From: Alphaproteobacteria bacterium
Lineage (GTDB): Bacteria > Pseudomonadota > Alphaproteobacteria > Rhizobiales > Xanthobacteraceae
NCBI GenBank assembly: GCA_005883115.1
Contig: VAZQ01000158.1
Coordinates: 5,113 to 33,380 of the forward strand
Length of the DNA: 28,268 bases
Direction of reading: 5' to 3'
Shown here: in pieces, positions 9,597 through 19,193 of the stretch
Numbering within the stretch: position 1 is the stretch's first letter
Layout of the letters: each line of letters opens with the position of its first letter
Made by a program: the position numbers and the translations under genes
The notes under the pieces: model-generated
Seen by the model: only the letters and a program-made list of their open reading frames with translations
The model's database searches: none
Told to the model about the DNA's origin: nothing

Positions 9597-9656
9597 GATT
9601 CATCATCCTCCCTCCCTCGTTTGCCCCACCGGCACCGATACCTCGCGCCGGCCATC

Positions 9657-9681
9657 AAAAAGGGCAGCGCGAGCGCTGCCC
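9657..9681 (-). terminator. Rho-independent terminator ending the alpha operon after rplQ
   Basis: Minus strand GGGCAGCG-CTCG-CGCTGCCC followed by TTTTT, about 25 nt after the rplQ stop. Confidence 0.8.
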
Positions 9682-9706
9682 CTTGCGTCCTTCACTGGCC
9701 CTGCGG

Positions 9707-10141
9707 TCACGCCGGGGCGGCCGCTTCCGGCTGCGGCTCTGTCTTCGTCTGCTCCGGGCCCGAGTCCTGTCCCTTCGCTGCCATGTCGCGATCAACCAGT
9801 TCAATGACCGCGACGGGAGCGGAATCGCCGTAGCGGAAGCCGGCCTTCAGCACCCTGGTATAGCCGCCGTCGCGATCCTTGTAACGGGGGCCCAGCACCT
9901 CGAACAGTTTCTTGACCATTCCGATATCGCGCATCTGCGCAATCGCTTGGCGGCGCGCATGGAGACCGCCGCGCTTGGCGAGGGTGACCAGTTTCTCGAC
10001 GATGGGCCGCAAGTCCTTGGCCTTCGGCAACGTGGTGACGATCTGTTCGTGCTTGATCAGAGCCGCGGCCATGTTCGCGAACATGGCACGGCGATGCTCG
10101 TGGGTGCGATTGAGCTTGCGATGGGCGATTCGGTGACGCAT
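9707..10141 (-). CDS. rplQ: 50S ribosomal protein L17
   Basis: [42 protein letters not shown]. Confidence 0.97.
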   Translation of the reverse strand: MRHRIAHRKLNRTHEHRRAMFANMAAALIKHEQIVTTLPKAKDLRPIVEKLVTLAKRGGLHARRQAIAQMRDIGMVKKLFEVLGPRYKDRDGGYTRVLKAGFRYGDSAPVAVIELVDRDMAAKGQDSGPEQTKTEPQPEAAAPA

Positions 10142-10155
10142 GCGCGGCTCCGCAC

Positions 10156-10220
10156 GGGACAGTAATCAGTGATTAGTAATCAGATGACCCTCTGATCACT
10201 GACGTGTGACCACTGGTCCC
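10156..10220. repeat. Imperfect inverted repeat made of tandem 7-mers (CAGTRAT) in the rpoA-rplQ spacer
   Basis: GGGA-CAGTAAT-CAGTGAT-TAGTAAT-CAGA ... TCTG-ATCACTG-ACGTGTG-ACCACTG-GTCCC. Confidence 0.75.
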
Positions 10221-10222
10221 TG

Positions 10223-11234
10223 TCAATAATGATCTTCGAAGCGCTTGGCCAGTTCGTCAATGTTGTCGGGCGGCCAGCCCGGCACTTCCATGCCGAGATG
10301 GAGCCCCATCTGCGCCAGCACTTCCTTGATCTCGTTGAGCGATTTGCGCCCGAAATTCGGCGTGCGCAGCATCTCCGCCTCGGTCTTCTGAACGAGATCG
10401 CCGATATAGACGATATTGTCGTTCTTGAGACAATTAGCCGAGCGCACCGAAAGCTCCAGTTCGTCGACCTTTTTGAGGAACGCCGGATTGAAGGCAAGAT
10501 CGGGAATAGCCTCGGCGACGATCTCCTTGCGCGGCTCCTCGAAGTTGACGAAGACGTTGAGCTGGTCCTGGAGGATGCGCGCGGCGTAAGCCACCGCGTC
10601 GTCTGGGCTGACCGCGCCGTTGGTCTGGATTTGCATGGTCAATTTGTCATAGTCGAGAATCTGACCTTCGCGGGTATTCTCAACCTTGTAGGAGACCTTG
10701 CGCACCGGCGAGTAGAGGCTATCGACCGGGATGAGACCGATCGGCGCGTCTTCCGGCCGGTTGCGCTCGGTGGGTACATAGCCCTTTCCGGTATTCACCG
10801 TGAATTCCATGCGGATCTCGGCACCCTCGTCGAGCGTGCACAGCACGAGATCGGGATTGAGCACGACGATGTCGCCCACGGTCTGAATATCGCCCGCCGT
10901 GACGGTGCCGGGACCCTGCTTCTTGACGACCATGCGTTTGGGTCCGTCGCCCTGCATCTTGATGGCGATGTCCTTGATGTTGAGCACGATATCGGTCACG
11001 TCCTCGCGCACGCCGGGAATCGAGGAGAACTCGTGCAACACGCCATCGATGTGGACCGACTGCACTGCCGCGCCTTGCAGCGACGAGAGGAGGATGCGGC
11101 GCAACGCATTACCCAACGTCACGCCGAAGCCGCGCTCAAGCGGCTCGGCGATCACGATGGCCTCGCGCTTGGGATCGCCGCCCGGGTCGGATCAGTTCCT
11201 GCCAGTTCTTTTGAATCGTCACGTTGGCACCCAT
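10223..11234 (-). CDS. rpoA: RNA polymerase subunit alpha; frameshifted in this sequence near 11185 by an apparent 20-nt deletion
   Basis: ATG 11234 gives [17 protein letters not shown]; a second frame continues [21 protein letters not shown]...[13 protein letters not shown]...RFEDHY; the expected NKLQVT-like segment is absent. Confidence 0.95.
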
Positions 11235-11335
11235 GCCTTTGACCGAGGCAGCGGCGGGCCGCGCGGCCCACTCCGCCCCGGGGGAATTTTCCGTGGCGGG
11301 CTCCTCGGGAGTCCGCCAGATGAGCACATCGTCTG

Positions 11336-11725
11336 TCATACTCGGCGCCTTTTGCGTGGACGGCAGCCGTTGTGTGGAATCGGCGTCACGTCGCGAATGG
11401 AGGTGATGGTGAAGCCCGCCGACTGCAGGGACCGCAACGCCGATTCGCGGCCAGAACCCGGACCTGCGACCTCGACTTCGAGGGTGCGCATGCCGTGCTC
11501 CTGGGCCTTCTTAGCGGCATCCTCGGCTGCCACCTGCGCTGCGTAGGGTGTCGATTTTCTCGAGCCCTTGAAGCCCATGGTGCCGGCAGACGACCAAGCG
11601 ATGGTATTTCCTTGGGCATCAGTAATGGTGATCATCGTGTTGTTGAACGTCGCGTTCACATGCGCGACTCCGGAGGCGATATTCTTGCGCTCGCGTCGCC
11701 GGACGCGGGTTGCTTCTTTACCCAT
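11336..11725 (-). CDS. rpsK: 30S ribosomal protein S11
   Basis: [45 protein letters not shown]. Confidence 0.98.
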   Translation of the reverse strand: MGKEATRVRRRERKNIASGVAHVNATFNNTMITITDAQGNTIAWSSAGTMGFKGSRKSTPYAAQVAAEDAAKKAQEHGMRTLEVEVAGPGSGRESALRSLQSAGFTITSIRDVTPIPHNGCRPRKRRRV

Positions 11726-11815
11726 TCTCGATCCTCTCGCAGCTCGGCGCTGCGATCGCCGGGCTAATGACTGGTGCTCGAATCACGTAGCCGATCTCGC
11801 GCAGGCTACGGCAAC

Positions 11816-12190
11816 TCAAGTTGCGCGCTTCTTGCCGGCGATGGGTTTGGCCGGCCCCTTACGGGTGCGGGCATTGGTATGGGTGCGCTGGCCGCGGACC
11901 GGCAGTCCGCGACGGTGCCGCAACCCGCGGTAGCAACCGAGGTCCATCAGCCGCTTGATATTCATGGCCACTTCGCGCCGCAGGTCCCCCTCGACCATAT
12001 AGTCGCGGTCGATCACCTCGCGGATCTGCAGCACTTCCTGGTCGGTCAGTTGCGATACCCGGCGGGCCTCGGGAATGCCCACTTTCTCCATGATTTCATT
12101 GGCCTTTTTCGACCCAATGCCATGGATATATTGCAATGCAATAACGACGCGTTTGTTAGTCGGTATGTTGACGCCGGCGATGCGGGCCAC
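11816..12190 (-). CDS. rpsM: 30S ribosomal protein S13
   Basis: [37 protein letters not shown]. Confidence 0.98.
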   Translation of the reverse strand: MARIAGVNIPTNKRVVIALQYIHGIGSKKANEIMEKVGIPEARRVSQLTDQEVLQIREVIDRDYMVEGDLRREVAMNIKRLMDLGCYRGLRHRRGLPVRGQRTHTNARTRKGPAKPIAGKKRAT

Positions 12191-12323
12191 AGTCTTTCGC
12201 TCCTTCTGCCGGCGTGCAACGGCCAGCGATCGTTCCCACGGGAGGCGGTTCCCAAACGATAACGCGACACCCTCCCCGTTCCTCAGGGCCCGGTATCGTT
12301 CGACCTCTCGACTTGGATGCGGG

Positions 12324-12353
12324 TTATTAAGGGATTCAACGTCGTTTCGTCAA
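12324..12353 (-). promoter_or_regulatory. Putative sigma70 promoter of the alpha operon, embedded in the adk 3' end
   Basis: Minus strand TTGACG-N18-TAATAA about 135 nt upstream of rpsM; the -35 box lies in the LTKRR codons of adk. Confidence 0.55.
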
Positions 12354-13103
12354 CCTCTGCCCTCGACCCGTTTTGCGCCGGGCTAACTTCTGGCCCACGG
12401 CTCTGCTCCGGCCGGATTTCGCCGTTTTGGCCTTCGTTTTCGACCCCTTGGCGGTTTTGCCCGCTTGTGCGCGTCCTGCTCCGTCCGCCCGCCGTGGCCT
12501 GGCCGCCGCTTTCTTGGTGAGGGCCTCTCGAAGCACTCGGTCGATGGCGCTCGATACCTGCGGAATGGGAGCCATACCGTCGACCGAATGTAGCACGCTC
12601 TCGAGCTGGTAATACGCAGCGAGTGGCGCGGTTTGATCGCGGTAGGCCAAAAGCCGGCGCCGCAACACCTCCGGATCGTCATCCTCGCGCAGCGTCTCGC
12701 GCCGCGCCTTCATCTCGGCGACCCGCTTTTTGATCCGCTTGAGCAGCGCGGCCTCATCCACCTTGAGTTCGATCACGGCATCGAGCTTGAGGCCCTTCTC
12801 TTTGAGCATGCGATCGAGTGCGTGCGCCTGCGGCACCGTGCGTGGGAAGCCATCCAGAATGAAGCCCTTGCGCGCATCAGGCTCATCGATGCGCTCGGAA
12901 ACGATCGCGACCACGACGTCATCGGGCACGAGCTCGCCGCGTGCCATCATCTCTTTCGCGCGCATCCCGATTGACGTGCCGGCCTCCACAGCGGCGCGCA
13001 GCATCTCACCGGTCGAGAGCTGCAGCAGACCGTGCTTGGCGACCAGACGCTGCGCCTGAGTCCCTTTGCCGGCCCCCGGGGGACCGAGCAATACCAACCT
13101 CAT
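12336..13103 (-). CDS. adk: Adenylate kinase (short LID type) with basic C-terminal tail
   Basis: [39 protein letters not shown]; no Cys-rich LID; ATGA overlap with secY. Confidence 0.96.
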   Translation of the reverse strand: MRLVLLGPPGAGKGTQAQRLVAKHGLLQLSTGEMLRAAVEAGTSIGMRAKEMMARGELVPDDVVVAIVSERIDEPDARKGFILDGFPRTVPQAHALDRMLKEKGLKLDAVIELKVDEAALLKRIKKRVAEMKARRETLREDDDPEVLRRRLLAYRDQTAPLAAYYQLESVLHSVDGMAPIPQVSSAIDRVLREALTKKAAARPRRADGAGRAQAGKTAKGSKTKAKTAKSGRSRAVGQKLARRKTGRGQRLTKRR

Positions 13104-14428
13104 CTACGCCGCCCCCGCAGCTTCGACCGCTTGATGAGACCTTCGTATTGATGCGCCAACAAGTAGCCCTGAATCTGCGCGACCGTGTCCATTGTGACGC
13201 TGACGACGATCAACAGCGAGGTGCCGCCGAAATAGAACGGGACCGCGGCGTAGGAGATCAGGATCTCCGGCAAGAGGCAGACAAGGGCAAGATAGGCTGC
13301 GCCGATAACCGTGATGCGCGAGAGCACGTAGTCGATGTATTCCGCCGTACGTTCGCCCGGCCGAATGCCGGGAATGAAGCCGCCGTGCTTCTTCAGATTA
13401 TCCGCGGTCTCCGTTGGATTGAAAACGATCGCCGTATAGAAAAAAGCGAAGAAGATGATGAGACCGATATAGAGGATGAGGAACAGTGGCCGTCCGTGAC
13501 CGAGTTGGGTGGTGATGGCAACGAACCAGTCCGGACCTTGACCAGCGTTGAAATTGGCGACCGTCGTCGGCAGCAGCAGCGAGGAGGCGAATATCGGCGG
13601 AATGACGCCTGAAGTGTTGAGCTTGAGCGGCAGATGCGAGGATTGACCCTCGAACATGCGATTGCCCACTTGGCGCTTGGGGTACTGAATTAGCAGGCGC
13701 CGCTGCGCGCGTTCCATGAATACGATGAAGCCGATCACCGCGACCACGGTCACCAGCACGACAAGGATCAACCCCGTCGACAGCGCGCCTTGGCGGCCCA
13801 ATTCGAGCGTTCCAGCGATCGCCGACGGCAATTCCGCCACGATACCTGAGAGGATGATCAGCGAAATCCCGTTGCCGATGCCGCGCGAGGTGACCTGCTC
13901 GCCGAGCCACATCAGGAACATCGTCCCGCCGGTGAGCGTGATGACAGTGCCGATGCGGAAGAACCAGCCGGGATCCGTCACTACATTGCCCGCGCCTTCA
14001 AGGCCGACCGCGATACCGTAGGACTGGAAGGCGGCCAGCAGCACCGTCAGGTAGCGCGTATATTGGTTCATCACCTTGCGGCCCTGCTCGCCCTCCTTCT
14101 TGAGCTGCTCGAGCGTAGGCGACACCGTGGTCATCAGCTGAATGATGATGGATGCCGAGATGTACGGCATGATGTTGAGAGCGAAGATCGCCATCCGGTG
14201 AATGCCGCCACCGGAAAACATATTGAACATGCCGAGGATGCCACCCGCTTGGGAACGGAAGATCTGATCCCAAGCCGAAGGATCGATGCCGGGCAGCGGG
14301 ATGTAGGTGCCGAAGCGGTAGACCAGGAGTGCGCCGAGCGTGAACCAGATCCGCTTCTTGAGCTCCTCGGCTTTTGCTAGAGCCGAGAAATTAAGATTGG
14401 CGGCGAGTTGTTCTGCTGCAGAGACCAT
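13100..14428 (-). CDS. secY: Preprotein translocase subunit SecY
   Basis: Start ATG 14428 ([14 protein letters not shown]); [62 protein letters not shown]. Confidence 0.97.
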   Translation of the reverse strand: MVSAAEQLAANLNFSALAKAEELKKRIWFTLGALLVYRFGTYIPLPGIDPSAWDQIFRSQAGGILGMFNMFSGGGIHRMAIFALNIMPYISASIIIQLMTTVSPTLEQLKKEGEQGRKVMNQYTRYLTVLLAAFQSYGIAVGLEGAGNVVTDPGWFFRIGTVITLTGGTMFLMWLGEQVTSRGIGNGISLIILSGIVAELPSAIAGTLELGRQGALSTGLILVVLVTVVAVIGFIVFMERAQRRLLIQYPKRQVGNRMFEGQSSHLPLKLNTSGVIPPIFASSLLLPTTVANFNAGQGPDWFVAITTQLGHGRPLFLILYIGLIIFFAFFYTAIVFNPTETADNLKKHGGFIPGIRPGERTAEYIDYVLSRITVIGAAYLALVCLLPEILISYAAVPFYFGGTSLLIVVSVTMDTVAQIQGYLLAHQYEGLIKRSKLRGRRR

Positions 14429-14496
14429 CGACGTTTCCGTTCCGCGCTCAAGAACAGACCGCGCTCGCAAGGCGCGATGTTCCCCCTATATAGCCA

Positions 14497-14988
14497 TCAG
14501 GCGGGCTGTTCGCTCGTTTGCCGTTGCGGCGCCAGTACCGTCACCGACCCGCCCGCATTCTCGACTGCCTGCCTTGCCGCTTTAGACGCGCCCCAGACCG
14601 AGAACGCAACCTTGGCCTTGATTTGACCCGAGCCCAGCAAGCGGACGCCGTCTTTCGCCCTTCTGAGCACGCCGGCTTTCACCAGTGCTTCGGCGTCGAC
14701 AGTGGCGCCGGCATCGAGCTTGCCGGCGTCAATCGCCGCCTGGATCTTGTCGAGATTGACTTCATTGAGCTTGCGCGCAAACGACGCGTTCTTGAAGCCG
14801 CGCTTTGGTAGCCGCCGGTGCAGCGGCATCTGCCCGCCCTCGAAGCCCTTGATCCGCACGCCGGAGCGCGCGGTCTGGCCTTTGCCGCCGCGCCCGGCGG
14901 TCTTTCCTGAACCAGAGCCGATGCCGCGGCCGACGCGGGTACGTTTCTTGCGCGCTCCCGGACGGTCGGCCAGTTCGTGAAGCTTCAT
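14497..14988 (-). CDS. rplO: 50S ribosomal protein L15
   Basis: [44 protein letters not shown]. Confidence 0.97.
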   Translation of the reverse strand: MKLHELADRPGARKKRTRVGRGIGSGSGKTAGRGGKGQTARSGVRIKGFEGGQMPLHRRLPKRGFKNASFARKLNEVNLDKIQAAIDAGKLDAGATVDAEALVKAGVLRRAKDGVRLLGSGQIKAKVAFSVWGASKAARQAVENAGGSVTVLAPQRQTSEQPA

Positions 14989-14999
14989 CGCCTCTCTCC

Positions 15000-15191
15000 T
15001 TAAGCGTTCACCACCCGGACCAAATGTTTGACCTTGGCGATCATGCCCCGGGTCTGCGGCGTATCCGGAAGCTCCACAACGCGCCCGATCCGGTTGAGAC
15101 CGAGTCCGATCAGCGTCTCGCGTTGGCTATGGTGACGCCGAATGGGGCTGCCGATCTGTTCGATCTTGATGACCTTATCGCTGTTGCTCAT
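15000..15191 (-). CDS. rpmD: 50S ribosomal protein L30
   Basis: [36 protein letters not shown]; located between rpsE and rplO. Confidence 0.95.
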   Translation of the reverse strand: MSNSDKVIKIEQIGSPIRRHHSQRETLIGLGLNRIGRVVELPDTPQTRGMIAKVKHLVRVVNA

Positions 15192-15214
15192 CTCAGCCTC
15201 TCGGCGCGCCTGAT

Positions 15215-15772
15215 TTAGTCGGCCGCCTGCTCACCCTCGGCGACGTCGCGCCGCCGCGCCTGCAGGGTCGATACCTTGATGTTGCGCCGCGCGGCAACCG
15301 AGCGCGGGGAGTCCTGGTGCTTGAGGGCGTCAAAAGTAGCCCGCACCATGTTGTACGGGTTGGACGAGCCGAGCGATTTGGCCACCACGTCCTGCATGCC
15401 CAGTGTCTCGAACACAGCACGCATCGGACCACCGGCGATGATGCCGGTCCCGGGCGGTGCCGCGCGCAGGAATACTCGGCCTGCGCCATGGCGCCCGGCA
15501 ACGTCGTGGTGCAGCGTTCGGCCCTCGCGTAGCGGCACCCGGATGAGGCCGCGTTTGGCCGCATCGGTCGCCTTACGAATCGCCTCCGGCACCTCGCGCG
15601 CCTTGCCGTGTCCGAAGCCGACCCGTCCCTTTTCGTCGCCGACCACGACGAGCGCAGCGAAGCCAAAACGGCGCCCGCCTTTCACCACCTTGGCGACGCG
15701 GTTGATGTGGACGAGCTTATCGATGAATTCGCTCTCTTCCCGCTCGCGGCGATCGCGCGGTTCACGTGCCAT
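15215..15772 (-). CDS. rpsE: 30S ribosomal protein S5
   Basis: [45 protein letters not shown]. Confidence 0.98.
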   Translation of the reverse strand: MAREPRDRREREESEFIDKLVHINRVAKVVKGGRRFGFAALVVVGDEKGRVGFGHGKAREVPEAIRKATDAAKRGLIRVPLREGRTLHHDVAGRHGAGRVFLRAAPPGTGIIAGGPMRAVFETLGMQDVVAKSLGSSNPYNMVRATFDALKHQDSPRSVAARRNIKVSTLQARRRDVAEGEQAAD

Positions 15773-15802
15773 GATCTTGCCTCACCTTCTCGTCTCTACC
15801 TT

Positions 15803-16165
15803 TCAGAAATTGAGCCCGCCCTCGCGCGCCGCGTCCGCCAACGCCTTGACCCGGCCGTGGTAAAGGTAACCGCCACGATCGAACACAACCTCCTTGATAC
15901 CCTTTGCGGTTGCGCGCTCGGCAAGCCGTTTTCCCACCGCTTTCGCTGCTTCGATATTGGCGCCAGTTTTGAGGCCACCGCGCATCTCCTTTTCGAGCGA
16001 GGACGCGGAAACAACGGTTTGGCTGTTCGCATCGTCGATGACTTGCGCATAAATGTGTTGGGACGAGCGGAAGACGGTCAGCCGCGCGCGCGTGCCGGCG
16101 GCGCGGCGGACCTTGCGCCGCACTTTCGCGGTCCTTCGCAGCGTCCGATCAGCGACTGTCGCCAT
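15803..16165 (-). CDS. rplR: 50S ribosomal protein L18
   Basis: [44 protein letters not shown]. Confidence 0.97.
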   Translation of the reverse strand: MATVADRTLRRTAKVRRKVRRAAGTRARLTVFRSSQHIYAQVIDDANSQTVVSASSLEKEMRGGLKTGANIEAAKAVGKRLAERATAKGIKEVVFDRGGYLYHGRVKALADAAREGGLNF

Positions 16166-16174
16166 GGCGCGCTC

Positions 16175-16708
16175 TCACTTCTTTTTTCCTTCTTTGCGGA
16201 AGATGTACTCGTTCGCGTATTTGACGCCTTTGCCTTTGTAAGGCTCGGGCTTGCGGAAGGCGCGGATTACGGCGGCCACATGGCCAACCTTCTGCTCATC
16301 AATGCCGGAGACCACGACCTCGGTCGGCCTGGGCACCGCGGTCGTAATACCTTCCGGGATCGGATAGACGATGTCGTGGCTATAACCGAGTTGAACCTGC
16401 AGGTTCTTGCCCTGCAGGGTGGCGCGATAACCGACGCCACTGATCTCGAGGCGGCGCTCGAAGCCTTTGGTCACGCCGGTCATCGCGTTGGCGAGCAGCG
16501 AACGGTACGTTCCCCACATCGCACGGGCGCGCTTGGTCTCGGCGCGCGTGTCTACCTTGACCTCGCTGCCCTGCACCATGGCCGCGACGTCGCCGTGCAG
16601 CGCGACCGCAAGCGCGCCCTTCGGGCCCTTAAGCTTCACGATCTGGCCCTCCACGGTGGCAGTAACGCCGGAGGGAATCGCCACGGGTTTCTTTCCAACA
16701 CGAGACAT
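16175..16708 (-). CDS. rplF: 50S ribosomal protein L6
   Basis: [37 protein letters not shown]. Confidence 0.97.
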   Translation of the reverse strand: MSRVGKKPVAIPSGVTATVEGQIVKLKGPKGALAVALHGDVAAMVQGSEVKVDTRAETKRARAMWGTYRSLLANAMTGVTKGFERRLEISGVGYRATLQGKNLQVQLGYSHDIVYPIPEGITTAVPRPTEVVVSGIDEQKVGHVAAVIRAFRKPEPYKGKGVKYANEYIFRKEGKKK

Positions 16709-16761
16709 GACTGAAGTCCGTTCGCCTGCGTTTACGACAATGCGCTATCCTTTGGTCCACA

Positions 16762-17129
16762 TCAAAAGACCGTAAAGAGAATTTCCCCGCCTACGTTGTG
16801 CTCACGGGCGTCGTGATCGGCCATCACACCCTTGGGCGTCGAGAGGATCGCGACCCCCAATCCGTTGTTGACACGCGGCAGCGCCTTGACCGAGGCATAG
16901 ACCCGCCGTCCCGGTTTCGATACGCGCGAAATCTCGCGGATCACCGGCTCGCCATCGAACCGTTCGAGTGCTCGACCGCCGCATAATCGCGAATGAATCC
17001 TTCGGTTTTGAGCACATCGAGCACACTCACCCGCAATTTCGAGGCTGGTATCGAGACCTTCGACTTGTTTCGCATCTGCGCATTGTGAATACGCGCGATC
17101 ATGTCACCGAGCGGATCGTTCATTGCCAT
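16762..17129 (-). CDS. rpsH: 30S ribosomal protein S8; frameshifted in this sequence at 16959/16960 by an apparent 31-nt deletion
   Basis: 5' frame [18 protein letters not shown]...EGFIRDY..EHSNG; 3' frame [21 protein letters not shown]...[18 protein letters not shown]; the linking ELEIELKY-like segment is absent. Confidence 0.93.
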
Positions 17130-17142
17130 CGCCCGCTCTCCT

Positions 17143-17448
17143 TCACCAACTCGACTTGACCAGGCCGGGGATCAACCCCTTGGAGCCGAGATCCCGAAGC
17201 GCGATGCGCGACAGGCGGTGCTTGCGATAGAACCCGCGCGGTCGGCCCGATATCTCGCAGCGATTGCGAACGCGGGTCTCCGAGGAGTTGCGCGGCAATT
17301 CCGCAAGTTTGAGCGTTGCCGCGAACCGCTCCTCCATCGGCTTCGTCTTGTCGCGAGCAATGGCCCTGAGCCGAGCGCGCCGGCCGGAATGCTTCTTGCT
17401 CAGCTTGCGTCGCCTGTTGTTCTTCTCGATCGCACTTTTCTTCGCCAT
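17143..17448 (-). CDS. rpsN: 30S ribosomal protein S14 (long, non-zinc form)
   Basis: [41 protein letters not shown]; ATG 17448. Confidence 0.97.
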   Translation of the reverse strand: MAKKSAIEKNNRRRKLSKKHSGRRARLRAIARDKTKPMEERFAATLKLAELPRNSSETRVRNRCEISGRPRGFYRKHRLSRIALRDLGSKGLIPGLVKSSW

Positions 17449-17485
17449 CAATGTCTCCTGGCTCTCCGCCGTTGAGGACGATGCC

Positions 17486-18211
17486 TCACTGCCGGAACGG
17501 GAAGTTGAACGCGCTCAGTAGTGCTCGCGCCTCGTCGTCGGACTTCGCGCTGGTGCACACCGTGATATCCATCCCCCAGACGTCGGCCACCTTGTCGTAG
17601 TCGATCTCCGGAAAGATGATGTGTTCTTTGACGCCGATCGTGTAATTTCCGCCCCCGTCGAAGCTCTTCGGCGACAGCCCGCGAAAATCGCGCACGCGCG
17701 GCAGCGCAATGTTGATCAGCCGGTCGACGAACTCGTACATACGCGTCTTGCGCAGCGTCACCTTGCAGCCAATCGCTTGGCCGTCACGCACCTTGAACGT
17801 GGCGATGGATTTTCTGGCTTTGGTGATCACCGCCTTCTGGCCCGCGATTCGGCTCAGATCGTTGGCCGCGGCTTCGACCTTCTTGCGATCGTTGACGCCT
17901 TCACCAATGCCCATGTTAATGACGACCTTTTCGATCACCGGCACCTGCATCCGATTCTTGTAGCCGAACTCGTCAGATAACTTCTTGCGAACCACCTCGT
18001 CGAAATAAGTCTTGAGCCGCGGGGTGACGCGCTCCTCCGGCTTTCGCGGCTTGGCCACCGGCGCCGCCGCGGCGTCGCCTTTCGCAGGCTTGCCGGCCCT
18101 GTCGGGCTTCTGCGCCTGCTGTGACTTCTCGCCCTTCTGGGGTCGGGGCGTCTTGTCCGATGCCGCGGCCCTCTCGCCTTTGGCTTTGGTTTTGGTTTCC
18201 GTATCAGCCAT
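17486..18211 (-). CDS. rplE: 50S ribosomal protein L5 with about 55-aa N-terminal extension
   Basis: ATG 18211 overlaps the rplX end; core [55 protein letters not shown]. Confidence 0.96.
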   Translation of the reverse strand: MADTETKTKAKGERAAASDKTPRPQKGEKSQQAQKPDRAGKPAKGDAAAAPVAKPRKPEERVTPRLKTYFDEVVRKKLSDEFGYKNRMQVPVIEKVVINMGIGEGVNDRKKVEAAANDLSRIAGQKAVITKARKSIATFKVRDGQAIGCKVTLRKTRMYEFVDRLINIALPRVRDFRGLSPKSFDGGGNYTIGVKEHIIFPEIDYDKVADVWGMDITVCTSAKSDDEARALLSAFNFPFRQ

Positions 18212-18530
18212 CGAGCTCAACTCCCGATCGCTTGGCCACCCGCACCTTGCGACGATTTTCGCCTGCTCCCACGAACTTGAAACCGATCCGCGTCGGCTTG
18301 CCGTCCTTCGGATCCGCAAGCGCAAGGTTGGACAGGTGCACCGGGGATTCTTTGGAAATGATGCCGCCCTCGTGCTGGGCGCTCTGCTTCTGGTGACGCT
18401 TGACCAGATTGATGCCGCGCACCAGGGCACGCTCCTCGTCGGGGCGCACCTCGATCACTTCACCGCTGCGCCCCTTGTCGCGGCCGGCGAGCACGATCAC
18501 CTTGTCACCCTTGCGGATCTTGGCGGCCAT
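18204..18530 (-). CDS. rplX: 50S ribosomal protein L24
   Basis: [46 protein letters not shown]; TGATG overlap with rplN. Confidence 0.97.
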   Translation of the reverse strand: MAAKIRKGDKVIVLAGRDKGRSGEVIEVRPDEERALVRGINLVKRHQKQSAQHEGGIISKESPVHLSNLALADPKDGKPTRIGFKFVGAGENRRKVRVAKRSGVELDG

Positions 18531-18898
18531 CACAGCACCTCCGGGGCGAGCGAGATGATCTTCATGTGGTTCTTGGCGCGAAGCTCGCGTGGGACCGGTC
18601 CGAAGATGCGGGTGCCTACCGGCTCCATCTGCGGATTGATCAGCACCGCGGCGTTGCGATCGAAGCGAATAATCGAGCCATCAGGACGCTTGATGTCCTT
18701 GGAGATGCGTACCACCACGGCCTTCATGACCTCGCCCTTCTTCACGCGTCCGCGCGGGATGGCTTCTTTCACGGACACGACGATCACGTCGCCGATGGTG
18801 GCGTATTTGCGCTTGGAACCGCCAAGCACTTTGATGCACATGACACGGCGCGCGCCGGAATTATCCGCCACGTCGAGGTTCGTCTGCATCTGAATCAT
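18530..18898 (-). CDS. rplN: 50S ribosomal protein L14
   Basis: [47 protein letters not shown]; ATG 18898. Confidence 0.98.
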   Translation of the reverse strand: MIQMQTNLDVADNSGARRVMCIKVLGGSKRKYATIGDVIVVSVKEAIPRGRVKKGEVMKAVVVRISKDIKRPDGSIIRFDRNAAVLINPQMEPVGTRIFGPVPRELRAKNHMKIISLAPEVL

Positions 18899-18938
18899 GA
18901 CGCCGCCCTCGTCCTCTAAATTCCCGCGCCCGTTGCGC

Positions 18939-19187
18939 TCACACGGCCTTCTTCTTCTCGCCCCGAACCACCTCCCAGCGTTTGAGCTTGGACAATGGCC
19001 GGCGCTCTTCGATCCACACGATGTCGTCGACATGGTATTGATTGGTCTCATCGTGGGCATAGTATTTCTTGGTACGCCGCACCGTCTTCTTCATGACAGG
19101 ATGGGTGAAGCGGCGCTCGACCCGCACCACAATGGTCTTATCCTGTTTGTCGCTCACTACGACGCCCTGGAGCGTGCGCTTCGGCAT
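18939..19187 (-). CDS. rpsQ: 30S ribosomal protein S17
   Basis: [39 protein letters not shown]. Confidence 0.97.
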   Translation of the reverse strand: MPKRTLQGVVVSDKQDKTIVVRVERRFTHPVMKKTVRRTKKYYAHDETNQYHVDDIVWIEERRPLSKLKRWEVVRGEKKKAV

Positions 19188-19193
19188 CTCTAA

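Noticed and set aside
11295-11317. GC hairpin in the rpsK-rpoA spacer as a terminator
   Set aside because: On the mRNA strand the stem has an A-C mismatch and is followed by ACGGAAAA, not a U-tract
11726-13103. Absence of rpmJ, infA, map and rpsD from the spc/alpha region
   Set aside because: Normal gene order for Alphaproteobacteria; these genes are encoded elsewhere
14488-14493. CTATAT -10-like box upstream of secY
   Set aside because: No recognisable -35 at 16-18 nt spacing; too weak to call
11155-17129. Programmed ribosomal frameshifting as the explanation for split rpoA and rpsH
   Set aside because: Conserved residues are physically missing at both junctions, which recoding cannot restore, and no slippery heptamer with a downstream structure is evident
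17143-17448. Zinc-free S14 as a zinc-starvation paralogue
   Set aside because: The long non-zinc form is the standard operon copy in Proteobacteria
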